Origin: Streptosporangiaceae bacterium
Lineage (GTDB): Bacteria > Actinomycetota > Actinomycetes > Streptosporangiales > Streptosporangiaceae
Direction of reading: 5' to 3'
NCBI GenBank assembly: GCA_035946955.1
Contig: DASYYE010000531.1
Span: 1-30,064 of the forward strand
Length of the DNA stretch: 30,064 nt
Every line of letters starts with the position of its first letter. Position 1 is the stretch's first letter. Below are positions 8,259 through 16,944 of the stretch, piece after piece. Below the pieces are notes generated by a model, which was given only the letters and a program-made list of their open reading frames with translations, had not been told where the DNA came from and made no database searches. The translations under genes and the position numbers were made by a program.

Positions 8259-8942
8259 TCACTCGCGGACCGCAAGGCGGCCGGAGTCGCGGGCGCCCAG
8301 GAGCGTGAAGGCGGCCAGCCCGCCCGCGAACACGACGGCCGCGCAGAGCGCCCCGCCGAAGTCGTGCGGCGGGCGGGCTGCCCATGCCCATGGCGTGGTC
8401 CAGCCTCTGACCAGGGCTCCCTCGCTCACGATCAGGTAGGCCATGGGGGCGGCCCAGGCGAACGCGCCACCCAGCACCACTGCGCACAACAGGCCGACAC
8501 CGACCATGCCGGCCAGGTTGCGGACCCAGGCCAGGCTGCCGCCGGGCATGAGCCCCGCGCTCGCCCCGGCCGCCAGTGCGCCGACCCCGGCCGCCGTCAG
8601 CACCACCGGGGCGCCCAACCGGAGCCAGGGCAGCCATCGGCCGGTGGCGCGTTCCGGGTCGCCGAACGGTCCGTAGGTCGTGACGACGATCACGGCGGCT
8701 ATCCCGGTCTCGATCACCAGCGGTATGAACAACTGGGCGGCGCGTCCGCCAGCGATGTTCCAGTGCCAGTACAGCGCTGCCCACAGCACGGCGCCAAGGG
8801 CAGCCAGCAGGCCGGCGGCGGCCGGGGCCCGGCGGCTGGTGAGGTACAGCCATGCCAGTCGCGCCCCGGCGGTGACTGGATGGCCCGCTATCGGGGCGTG
8901 GGCCGCTTGCGGCGCTGACTCGTGGACTCCGGCAGCGGTCAT
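8259..8942 (-). CDS. Integral membrane protein, the last gene of the ECF sigma-ABC operon.
   Basis: About 227 aa from ATG 8942 (MTAAGVHESAP...) with multiple hydrophobic helices. Its start ATG overlaps the upstream stop (ATGA). Confidence 0.45.
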   Translation of the reverse strand: MTAAGVHESAPQAAHAPIAGHPVTAGARLAWLYLTSRRAPAAAGLLAALGAVLWAALYWHWNIAGGRAAQLFIPLVIETGIAAVIVVTTYGPFGDPERATGRWLPWLRLGAPVVLTAAGVGALAAGASAGLMPGGSLAWVRNLAGMVGVGLLCAVVLGGAFAWAAPMAYLIVSEGALVRGWTTPWAWAARPPHDFGGALCAAVVFAGGLAAFTLLGARDSGRLAVRE

Positions 8943-10489
8943 GGCAGTTGCGCCAGGGTCAGGCCACCTGAGCGCAGCGCGGCCAGGTGGGCCGCGAGCC
9001 AGGCGTGGCGTTGCGGGCCGGGCAGCGTGACGAAGCGCCGGGCTGCGGCATAGACCGGCCCGCCCGCTTTCGGCGGCCCCTGCCCATGGGGTGACGGGGC
9101 CTCTCCCAGCGACGCCCATGACGGCAGGCCGGTCGTGCTCAGGATCGCGGGCTGCTCGGCGAACGGCATGCCCACGCCTTGCAGCAGGGCTGCCTGCAGG
9201 GCCTGTTGCGCCGGGGTGCCTGCGCCATTCCCAGCGCCCACGAATGCGTGCACCGCCAGCACCTGTAGCTCCTGCGCGAACTGCGTCTGGGTCACGCCGA
9301 ACGAGCCGGGCAGGTTGAGCGAATCCAGCGGCATTCGGAGCACTGGCGGCTGGCCACTGAGCGTCATCGCCTGACCGGCCCCTCCCTCGCCAGACGAGTA
9401 GAGCCCAGCCACCTGAGTGGCGCGGGCCGGCGCGCCGGGCAGGCCGGCTAGCTCAACGAAGACCGGCCGCAACCCGGCGGTCACTCCCGCCAGCGTGTTG
9501 GGGTAGGCCGGGTTCAGGCATACCGGCACCCCAGCGGCCCGGCCGCACACCGGCGTATAAGGCATCGGGCGGTCGCTGGCCGCGTCGTGCAGGCCGGGGA
9601 CGACCATGCCGTGTGGTCCGACATAGGCCTCCTCCACCAGCCCGACAGCGGTCCCGGCGGCCGCCAGCCCGATGAGCGTGACCCCTGCGGCGGCCCGCCG
9701 CGGCCACATGCTGCCCGCCCAGGCAGGCAGGCCGGTCAGGCCAAGCGCCGCGAGCGCGATACCGGCCAGGAACATGATCCGGGCGATCGGCACGTCAGGC
9801 AGGTAGGGATAGAAGGTGCCGGAGGGGGGCTGGTAGTTGCCGTTGGAGTTGGTCGGCAGGATCTGCGCCCATCCGGTGAGGGAACTGAACCCGGTCTGCG
9901 ACGACAGGGCCAGCGCCAGGAAGGCGCCGAAGGCAGCCAGCGGCGCCGCGAACCGGCTGGGGTACAACGCACCCACCGCGAACCCAAGCGCGCTGAACGC
10001 CAAGACGGCTGCCGCGCCCACCGCCACCCACCACCACGGGGGCGATCCCTGGACGCCCTGGTACGCGTAGACACCGAACATCACAGCGACGAAGACCAGG
10101 TAGGCACCTACCGCCCAGATGGCGGTCGCGGCCCAGGTGGCCAACTGGCCCGCCCACCTCGGCCGGGCGGTGGCCGTCACGAGGTCGGCCACGCCGCGCC
10201 TGCCGTCCCGCGACCCCATCCAGGCGGCCACCGCGGCCACGAACGGCCCGAAGTCGATGAAGGTGTGACCCTGCCCCATGTTCCAGAACGTGCGCACCAC
10301 CCATATCGGCGGCATTACCGTGCTTGGCCGGCAGGAGTCGAACCAGAACAGGCCGGCGACCAACGGCAGCATCCACGGCATGGCGTTGTGACGCAGTTCC
10401 AGCCACACCAGCCGGGCCGCGGTCAGCGGGCCGGACGGTACCGCCAGCGGCGGCCGGTGCCGCACCGGGGCATCGGCGGTGGCGGTCAT
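8939..10489 (-). CDS. Large polytopic membrane protein with a C-terminal extracytoplasmic domain; putative permease component.
   Basis: 516 aa from ATG 10489 (MTATADAPVRH...). About six transmembrane helices in the N-terminal half, then a ~250 aa non-hydrophobic domain. ATGA overlap with the ABC ATPase stop. Confidence 0.55.
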   Translation of the reverse strand: MTATADAPVRHRPPLAVPSGPLTAARLVWLELRHNAMPWMLPLVAGLFWFDSCRPSTVMPPIWVVRTFWNMGQGHTFIDFGPFVAAVAAWMGSRDGRRGVADLVTATARPRWAGQLATWAATAIWAVGAYLVFVAVMFGVYAYQGVQGSPPWWWVAVGAAAVLAFSALGFAVGALYPSRFAAPLAAFGAFLALALSSQTGFSSLTGWAQILPTNSNGNYQPPSGTFYPYLPDVPIARIMFLAGIALAALGLTGLPAWAGSMWPRRAAAGVTLIGLAAAGTAVGLVEEAYVGPHGMVVPGLHDAASDRPMPYTPVCGRAAGVPVCLNPAYPNTLAGVTAGLRPVFVELAGLPGAPARATQVAGLYSSGEGGAGQAMTLSGQPPVLRMPLDSLNLPGSFGVTQTQFAQELQVLAVHAFVGAGNGAGTPAQQALQAALLQGVGMPFAEQPAILSTTGLPSWASLGEAPSPHGQGPPKAGGPVYAAARRFVTLPGPQRHAWLAAHLAALRSGGLTLAQLP

Positions 10490-11250
10490 ACCCGCGTCTC
10501 CGTAGCTGACCGGGCCGCCGCCAGCACTGCGCTGTAGCCACGTTCCAGCGGGGCGTCGCCTGCCGCGCCGCTGCCCTCGCCCCTGGCTTTCAGTTCGTCC
10601 GGGGTGCCATGGAACACGATGCGCCCGGCGTCCATCAGGGCCACCTCGGTACAGGCGGCACCCACGTCCTCGACCAGGTGGGTGCTGACGACCACGGTCG
10701 CCCGCTGGCCGAGGTCGCGCAGCAGTCCGCGGAACGCCACCCGCTGCTCCGGGTCCAGCCCGGCGGTGGGCTCGTCCAGCAGCAGCAGGTCTGGGTCGTT
10801 GACGATCGCCTGCGCGATCCCGACCCGGCGCAACATCCCGCCGGACAGGGTGCGCAGCTTGGCCCTGGCCCTGTCCCCCAGGCCGACGCGCTCGATCGCG
10901 GTCGCCACCGCCCGCGGCACCTGCCCTGGCGGCATGTCCTTCAGCAGTGCGAAGTACTCGACGAAGTCCACCACCGTGAAGCCCGGGTAGTAGCCGAGGT
11001 TCTGCGGGAGGTACCCGAGCCTGCGCCGGACCTCCCGCCGGGGCCCGTAGGCAGCGGGGTCGCGGTCCAGTAGCCGCAGCTTGCCTGAGGAGGGTGGGAT
11101 CACTGTGGCGGCCATCCGCAGCAGTGTGGTCTTGCCCGCGCCGTTCGGGCCCAGCAGCCCGAACACCCCAGGTCCGGCCTGCAGGCTGACCCCTGCCACC
11201 GCCTGGGTCCGGCCGAACCGCCTTGTCAGGTCGCTGGCTTCGACGTTCAT
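10486..11250 (-). CDS. ABC transporter ATP-binding protein.
   Basis: MNVEASDLTRRFGRTQAVAGVSLQAGPGVFGLLGPNGAGKTT (Walker A), LSGGMLRRVGIAQAI (signature) and LLLLDEPTAGLD (Walker B). 254 aa. Confidence 0.9.
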   Translation of the reverse strand: MNVEASDLTRRFGRTQAVAGVSLQAGPGVFGLLGPNGAGKTTLLRMAATVIPPSSGKLRLLDRDPAAYGPRREVRRRLGYLPQNLGYYPGFTVVDFVEYFALLKDMPPGQVPRAVATAIERVGLGDRARAKLRTLSGGMLRRVGIAQAIVNDPDLLLLDEPTAGLDPEQRVAFRGLLRDLGQRATVVVSTHLVEDVGAACTEVALMDAGRIVFHGTPDELKARGEGSGAAGDAPLERGYSAVLAAARSATETRV

Positions 11251-11993
11251 GGTGTCCCCTTCGGAATCCGGGTGGCATAGATGGCGACCGCTCCGCAGCA
11301 GGCTGCGAAGGCGAGGTAGGGAAGGACGAGGGAAGGGTCCGTGACAACGAAGGTGGGCTGTCCGCTGGCCGCCTGTCCAGCCAGCACTGTCATCCCCCAG
11401 CCGGCCACGCCCGCCGCCACACCGACATTCGCCGACCTGGCGAGCGTCGCCGCGGCCAGCGCGAGGCCGCAGGCGGCGGTCATCGGCACCAGCCAGCCGA
11501 ACGTCAGTGCGGCCGCGATGCCCGAGGCCGCCGAGGCGGCCAGCCCAAGGGCCGCGTTCAGCCCGAACACCGCCAGTGCCCGCACCAGCAGCACCATCCG
11601 GTTGCTGACAGCCGTGGTCTGGGACAGCTCCCAGGCCGGGTCCATCCCAGGCCCGTAGGCGTAGGCGATACCGGCCGCCGCGAGCGCGGGCGCGAGCAGC
11701 GGGACAAATGGCGTCCCGGTGCCCAGGGTCGCCACCATGCCTGCGAACAGCACCGCCACCGTGGCGATCACCCAGCCGAGCAGCAGCGCCGGCGTGGTGA
11801 CCAGTGCCCTGCCCAGGCCCGGCGAACGCAGCAGCCTCGAAGCCACCCGTTCCAGCCGCCCAGGCTGGCGGCGCCAGACCTGTGCGGCCACCCCGGCCCA
11901 CACCCGGCCCAGGTCCACGTCCAGGGGCTCGGCCTGGCGGCGCCCGGCCAGGCTGGCGTCCAGGCCGTCCCAGCCCGGATCGGGACCGTTCAT
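11247..11993 (-). CDS. Polytopic membrane protein immediately downstream of the ECF sigma factor; a possible anti-sigma factor or transporter subunit.
   Basis: 248 aa with about six transmembrane helices. Its start overlaps the sigma stop and its stop overlaps the ABC ATPase start. No recognisable zinc-finger anti-sigma motif. Confidence 0.4.
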   Translation of the reverse strand: MNGPDPGWDGLDASLAGRRQAEPLDVDLGRVWAGVAAQVWRRQPGRLERVASRLLRSPGLGRALVTTPALLLGWVIATVAVLFAGMVATLGTGTPFVPLLAPALAAAGIAYAYGPGMDPAWELSQTTAVSNRMVLLVRALAVFGLNAALGLAASAASGIAAALTFGWLVPMTAACGLALAAATLARSANVGVAAGVAGWGMTVLAGQAASGQPTFVVTDPSLVLPYLAFAACCGAVAIYATRIPKGTP

Positions 11994-12562
11994 CGGATTC
12001 CTCCCTCCGCGACCTGGCCGCCTGGCAGCGTCCCCTTGTCCCGCAGTGCGGCACGGAGCAGCCGCCTGGCGCGGTGGGCCCGGCTCTTCACGGTGCCCTC
12101 GGGGACGCCCATCAGCTCAGCCACCTCGGCGACCGGCCGGTCCTCGACGCACATCAGCCGCCAGGTCTCGCGTTCCGGGCTGCCCTGCGGCCCTAGCGCC
12201 GCCACCGCGTCGGCAAGGGCGGCCCGGGACAGCGCAGCCTCCGCCGGATCCCCGGCCCCGCGCCCGTCGGCGGCCACCACCGCGGGCAGGACCAGGGCGG
12301 CAGGGCCACGACGGCGCAGGAACAGCGCCGCCTGCCGGCGCGCGATACCCCACAGCCAGCCGCCCACGGCGCCTTCCGGCTGGTAGCCGCGCGCGCCCCG
12401 CCAGACCGCGAGGAACGTCTCCTGCAGCACGTCCTCGACGTCCGCGGCTGGCAGCACCGACCTCAGCCGGGCCGCGAGCCATGGCGCGTGCCGGAAGAAC
12501 AACTCCCGCAACGCGATGTCATCACCGGCCGCCACCGCGGCGACCAGTTCGTCGTCACCCAT
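11990..12562 (-). CDS. ECF (sigma-70 family, group 4) RNA polymerase sigma factor.
   Basis: MGDDELVAAVAAGDDIALRELFFRHAPWLAARLRSVL...DVLQETFLAVWRGARGY (region 2) and VAEVAELMGVPEGTVKSRAHRARRLLR (region 4). 190 aa. Confidence 0.85.
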   Translation of the reverse strand: MGDDELVAAVAAGDDIALRELFFRHAPWLAARLRSVLPAADVEDVLQETFLAVWRGARGYQPEGAVGGWLWGIARRQAALFLRRRGPAALVLPAVVAADGRGAGDPAEAALSRAALADAVAALGPQGSPERETWRLMCVEDRPVAEVAELMGVPEGTVKSRAHRARRLLRAALRDKGTLPGGQVAEGGIR

Positions 12563-12730
12563 CGCATCTCTATTGCACCCCGGCAGCCTGCGGTTCACGA
12601 GACCGCCGAGATTTCTCAGGCGAAGATGAGCCTGGGTGGGTCTGGTGGCAGCAGGGCGGGGGATCCTAACAACGTCGCATCGCAACCCAACCCGACGATC
12701 GGCGGGGCCGCTGCGCAGGAAGGGGCCGGC

Positions 12731-13405
12731 ATGGGAGAAGAGGAGCAGTTCAGGATCGGGGCGGTGGTCAGGTGCACCAGCGGGGAGGTCTGCGGCGAGG
12801 TCCGTTACCTGGACATCAACCGGCGCGCGCACACACTCACGCACCTGGCGGTTGAGGAGAAGGACCGGCTGGGGCTCGGCCGGCTGGTCCCCACCGCCCG
12901 GGTCCACGTTGACCGCCAGACACACGAGATCCAGTTCGCCGGCACCATGGCGGACTTCCGGGAGCTCGAGGCCTCCGATGTGACCGAGTTCGCCGCGGAC
13001 ACCGAAGGCTACGAGCTCTATGGCGCCGAACAGGTGGTCGAGGAGCCCGAGTACGACCCGATCGCAGGCGAGCAGGTCGTAGGCGGGGCTGTCCCGGGGT
13101 TCTCAGCGACTGAGACCGTTGACAATGTCCCCGAAGGCGACGTGGAGGTTCCTGCCGGCAGCGCCGAGACCGGCCGCAAGTACCGCATCCACGCTGGCAG
13201 CCACGAGTTCGGGCGTGTCCATGGTGTCCTCACAGACGCCGGTCACCACGTGACCCACGTGCTCCTGGGTGAGTGGCACGGCCTTCGTCACAAGGAAGTG
13301 GCTGTCCCATTCACCGACCAGGACACGGTGCAGGACGACGGATTCCACCTCAGCCTGAGCAAGCAGCAGATAGAGGCACTGCCGCCGCTGGGCGACGGTT
13401 CCTGA
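12731..13405 (+). CDS. Hypothetical protein with two PRC-barrel-like repeats.
   Basis: MGEEEQFRIGAVVRCTSGEVCGEVRYLD... and a second similar unit KYRIHAGSHEFGRVHGVLTD...HVLLGEWHGL. A good RBS (AGGAAGGGG) precedes the ATG at 12731; a longer in-frame alternative start lies at 12626. Confidence 0.45.
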   Translation: MGEEEQFRIGAVVRCTSGEVCGEVRYLDINRRAHTLTHLAVEEKDRLGLGRLVPTARVHVDRQTHEIQFAGTMADFRELEASDVTEFAADTEGYELYGAEQVVEEPEYDPIAGEQVVGGAVPGFSATETVDNVPEGDVEVPAGSAETGRKYRIHAGSHEFGRVHGVLTDAGHHVTHVLLGEWHGLRHKEVAVPFTDQDTVQDDGFHLSLSKQQIEALPPLGDGS

Positions 13406-13426
13406 CCACTCGCGCAGAAGGTCGTC

Positions 13427-15835
13427 ATGGCAGGTCCGGTAGTTTCGTTTGCCTATTACCCAGGTGTGGACCGGCTTCCCGCGGGCACCCTGGTTGACCT
13501 GTGCGGCAGCTGGGCGCTGGATGGAACGCCCAGCGATGGAGCCTGGTCACGCCACCCGATGACGCTGGCCGCAGACGAGACCGGCGCGGCCTGTTTCACC
13601 GCCGACGTCTGTTTCGGCCAGGGGACGGCCGGGGCCTCGTTGTCATGGGGTACCTGGCTCCGCCTGGGTGGGGGCGCCGAGGTCTGGGGGGTTGCGGCTG
13701 AAGTGCCCGACCTCAGTTCGACGGCACAGGTGAGGACCCTGACCGTCGCGGTGCCTTCGGCGGATGGCCCGCAGCGGGAGAGCTACCGCCTGTGCTGGCA
13801 CCGTACGCGGGGGGCCCAGCGCTACCTGGCCTCGCCTGGGACAGCACCGCCCGGGCTGGGGTTCAGCGTCTGGGCCCCGGACGCGACCGCGGTCGAGGTC
13901 GTCTTTGTCCGGCCGGGCGGCTACGTCGCTGATGACGGATACGGCACCGACTCCGGGCAGCCCACCATCCCGCTGAACCGCGGCAGCGACGGTACCTGGA
14001 CGGCTGCCCTGCCCGCATTCGACCGGATGGTCGGGGCCCTTTACATGTACCGGGTCACCCGGCCGGACGGGAGCGTCAACTGGGCCACTGACATGTTCTC
14101 CCGGCAGCAGTCCGGCATGGGTGACTTCGATCCGGGGGGCGCCCGCTACGACGGGCCTGTCTCGCTGCTTGACGGACGGCCCAGCAGCTCGGTCGTGACC
14201 GACCCCGGCATGGTGGCCGCCTACCCGGCCGACCCCGCGGCCACGGCGGTCCCGGCCGAGGAGTTCTGGCGCGACGAGTTCGACCCGGCCCGGCCCGTGC
14301 CAGACCGTGTCGAAGACCTTGTGGTCTATGAACTGCACGTCGGTGCACTCAACCCGGAGACCACGGCGGCGGGCACTTTCGCCGACGCCCTCGGCTTCCT
14401 GCCCTACCTGGAAGACCTCGGTGTCAACGCGATCGAGTTGATGCCGATGTTCCAGTTCGACGGCAGCCTGTCGTGGGGGTACGGCAGTTCCCAGTTCCTG
14501 GCTATCGAGTCCGCGGCCGGCGGCCGGGATGCCTTGAAGCACTTCGTCAAGACCGCTCACCAGCACGGCATCGCGGTCATCATGGACGTCGTCTACAACC
14601 ACTACACTCCCCGCGCCGACAGGGCGGCCTGGCAGTACGACAGCACCAGCCCCCAGGACAATTGTTACTACTGGTATGAGGGCCAGCCCGGCCAGTACCC
14701 CTCGCCCGACGGGGGGTACCTGGACAACGTCTCCAGCGGGTGGGCGCCGCGCTATTCCGCCGACCAGGTCCGGGCGCTGTTTGTCAGCAGCGCCATGCTG
14801 TTGTTCGACGAGTTCCACGTGGATGGGTTGCGCGTGGACCAGACGGCCTCCATCCACCTGTACAACGCGCGCCACGCCGATGGCGCAGCCGTGCCCGCCG
14901 CCAACATCGCCGGCCGCAAGTTCCTGCGGGAGCTGTGCCAGACGGTCAAGACCTTCTACCCGGCCGCTGTCCTGATCGCGGAGGACCACTCAGGCTGGGA
15001 CCAGGTGACCATGCCCGCCTTTACCGGCGGTGTCGGCTTCGACGCCACGTGGTACGTGAACTTCTACCACCACCTCGTCGGCGAGACGGACGCCGGGCCA
15101 CAGTGGGCCGGCCTGCTGCTGAACGCCGGCCGGGACCCAGACGGGCCACTGCACATGAGCTATTTCGCTGGCGCGCTCGCGGCCAGCGGCGACCACAAGG
15201 TCGTCTACGAATCCAGCCATGACGAGGCCGGCAACGACCCCAGCACCGAGCGCACCATCCTCACCGCTGTCAACGGGGCACCGCTGGCCGGGCAGACACG
15301 GGCCTACGCCGAAGCCCGGTGCCGGTTCGCCTGCGCCATGACCATGCTGTCCGCAGGGACCCCCATGTTCCTCATGGGTGAGGAGGTAGGCGCACAGAAC
15401 GCCTACACCTACAACAAGTTCAACGAGGAAAAGGAAGACCTGCCAGGACTGCGGGACTCGACCGGGGCGTTCCTGTGGCGGTTCTACCAGGACATCATCC
15501 GCTTCCGTCTTGGCTCAACGGTCATCCGGTCCGCGAATATCGACGTCTTCCACGCCAACGACGACGCGCGGGTCATAGCCTTCCGCCGCTGGGACGACAC
15601 CGGCGAGCTGCTGGTGGTCGGCAGCTTGAACAATTCGCCGTTCAGCTCACCCGGCTACCTCCTCTCCTACGGGCCGCTCGGTGACTGGGGGTGGCGTGAA
15701 TGCCTCAACAGCGACGGCAGCGCGTATGGCGGTGAGAACACAGGCAACCTCGGCGCGACGCTGCGCGCCGCCAACGGCCAGCTCAACGTCGTGGTCCCAG
15801 CGAACGGGGTGGTGGTGTTCAGCCGCACCACCTGA
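13427..15835 (+). CDS. GH13-family alpha-glucan-active enzyme (branching/debranching/TreZ-like) with an extra ~150 aa N-terminal domain and an E-set/CBM48-like domain.
   Basis: All four GH13 regions are present: IAVIMDVVYNHYTP, GLRVDQTASIH, VLIAEDHSGW and VVYESSHDEAGN. VVYELHVGA resembles TreZ/GlgB-type enzymes, and GFSVWAPDATAVEVVF resembles an N-terminal E-set domain. 802 aa. Confidence 0.85.
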   Translation: MAGPVVSFAYYPGVDRLPAGTLVDLCGSWALDGTPSDGAWSRHPMTLAADETGAACFTADVCFGQGTAGASLSWGTWLRLGGGAEVWGVAAEVPDLSSTAQVRTLTVAVPSADGPQRESYRLCWHRTRGAQRYLASPGTAPPGLGFSVWAPDATAVEVVFVRPGGYVADDGYGTDSGQPTIPLNRGSDGTWTAALPAFDRMVGALYMYRVTRPDGSVNWATDMFSRQQSGMGDFDPGGARYDGPVSLLDGRPSSSVVTDPGMVAAYPADPAATAVPAEEFWRDEFDPARPVPDRVEDLVVYELHVGALNPETTAAGTFADALGFLPYLEDLGVNAIELMPMFQFDGSLSWGYGSSQFLAIESAAGGRDALKHFVKTAHQHGIAVIMDVVYNHYTPRADRAAWQYDSTSPQDNCYYWYEGQPGQYPSPDGGYLDNVSSGWAPRYSADQVRALFVSSAMLLFDEFHVDGLRVDQTASIHLYNARHADGAAVPAANIAGRKFLRELCQTVKTFYPAAVLIAEDHSGWDQVTMPAFTGGVGFDATWYVNFYHHLVGETDAGPQWAGLLLNAGRDPDGPLHMSYFAGALAASGDHKVVYESSHDEAGNDPSTERTILTAVNGAPLAGQTRAYAEARCRFACAMTMLSAGTPMFLMGEEVGAQNAYTYNKFNEEKEDLPGLRDSTGAFLWRFYQDIIRFRLGSTVIRSANIDVFHANDDARVIAFRRWDDTGELLVVGSLNNSPFSSPGYLLSYGPLGDWGWRECLNSDGSAYGGENTGNLGATLRAANGQLNVVVPANGVVVFSRTT

Positions 15836-15840
15836 ACCCT

Positions 15841-16458
15841 TCAGGTGTGGGCGAGCACGCGGTCCAGCGGACGGGGGACGCTGGCCGGATCGAGGACTTC
15901 CGCCAGCAGACGCGCATACAGGCTCTTACGCCCGGACCGGGTACCCATGAACCGGTGGAGCTGCTCGGTCGTGGTCCGCCCCTGCTGGGCAGGCTGTTTT
16001 TGGAGGGTGCGCCAGGACTGCAATTCGCCCTGCGCCTCGATGATGGCCTCGACCGCGGCCGTGCCAACGGCGCGGATCAGCTCGTCCTCCAGGTCAGCGG
16101 TGCACACGTAGAACCCGAGTGCCTCCATGCCAGCGCGGGAGGTGGCGGAGCCGAGCCCGCCACGCTCCAGGGCGGACCGGACATAGTCCTCCTGACCGGC
16201 GTCGCACAGGCCAGCGAGGCTGGCGTTGGTCCCGCGCGGTCCGAGCACCGTCAGGAAGTGGCCGATGTTGGTAGCACCTCCCATGGCCACGATGAACGTG
16301 CCGCCGCTGCCGAGGGCCTGGCCGCGCCGCCGTGCGACCACCTCGAGGGCGGCCTTGTCGCTCCCGCCCTCCACGAGGACGACCCGCTGCGCCTCGCTGG
16401 CTCCGGCCAGCGCGGCACTCCCCCAGGCAACGTCCATCACGCCGGCACCGCCGGCCAT
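15841..16458 (-). CDS. Standalone TOPRIM-domain protein (nucleotidyl transferase/hydrolase-like; related to the TOPRIM of OLD-family nucleases).
   Basis: VVLVEGGSDKAALEVVARRRG...FIVAMGGATNIGHFLTVLG...AGLCDAGQEDYVRSALERGGLG...MEALGFYVCTADLEDELIRAVG. The pattern matches, from my recollection, a conserved actinobacterial ~200 aa TOPRIM protein family. Confidence 0.6.
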   Translation of the reverse strand: MAGGAGVMDVAWGSAALAGASEAQRVVLVEGGSDKAALEVVARRRGQALGSGGTFIVAMGGATNIGHFLTVLGPRGTNASLAGLCDAGQEDYVRSALERGGLGSATSRAGMEALGFYVCTADLEDELIRAVGTAAVEAIIEAQGELQSWRTLQKQPAQQGRTTTEQLHRFMGTRSGRKSLYARLLAEVLDPASVPRPLDRVLAHT

Positions 16459-16569
16459 CCACCCAGAGCGCAACTGCCCACCCTCGGAGTCTGCTCGGCC
16501 TGGTGACTCCGAGTCGAGTGGTTTCCGCCGGGCCTGGCGAACGAGGGCGCACGGGCTTATGATGCTAAT

Positions 16570-16944
16570 GTGCGTAGCACTAATACCACGTTGCGGATCG
16601 ATCATTCCAGCCTGGTGCCGCTGCATGAGCAGGTCGCGTCGGCGATCCGGCGGGCGATCGCCGACGGCGAGGCCGGCCCTGGTGAGCGGCTGCCGCCCGC
16701 GAGGGACCTGGGTGCGGTGCTTGGGGTCAACGCCAACACGGTGTTCCGGGCACTGCGGACGCTGCGGGAGGAGGGACTGGTGGAGTTCCGCCGCGGCCGT
16801 GGGGTGTCGGTGACCGGGGCCGCAGCGCGGCGCAGCCCGGTGGTGGCAGCGGCGCGGGAGCTGGTGACGGTGGCACGCCGGTATGGGGTGCGGCCGGATG
16901 AGCTGGCGCAGATCGTCGAGCAGGTATCGGCGGGGCTGTCATGA
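16570..16944 (+). CDS. GntR-family transcriptional regulator, short YtrA-like subfamily.
   Basis: PLHEQVASAIRRAIADGEAGPGERLPPARDLGAVLGVNANTVFRALRTLREEGLVEFRRGRGVSV is a GntR winged HTH. GTG start, 124 aa. Its stop overlaps the start of the downstream gene (ATGA). Confidence 0.8.
   Translation: MRSTNTTLRIDHSSLVPLHEQVASAIRRAIADGEAGPGERLPPARDLGAVLGVNANTVFRALRTLREEGLVEFRRGRGVSVTGAAARRSPVVAAARELVTVARRYGVRPDELAQIVEQVSAGLS

Noticed and set aside
7397-8275. 292 aa minus-strand ORF overlapping the AraC regulator
   Set aside because: Antisense to a gene with a clear AraC HTH. Low-complexity composition.
8939-11347. 802 aa minus-strand ORF spanning the ABC ATPase and permease region
   Set aside because: Its N-terminal 286 aa are an R/G/P-rich off-frame read through the ABC ATPase gene, which is in another frame with perfect Walker motifs. 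The real gene begins at ATG 10489, overlapping the ATPase stop.
10486-12054. 522 aa ORF extending the ABC ATPase upstream
   Set aside because: Only the last 254 aa (from MNVEASDL at 11250) are ABC-like. The upstream part is a low-complexity off-frame read of the membrane-protein gene.
12563-12730. TGAACC motif about 30 nt upstream of the ECF sigma start as an autoregulatory ECF promoter
   Set aside because: No matching -10 (CGTC-like) element at the correct spacing, and it would leave an implausibly short leader.
13643-14989. 448 aa minus-strand ORF inside the GH13 gene
   Set aside because: Antisense to a gene with all four GH13 catalytic regions. Composition is V/G/R/P-rich low complexity.
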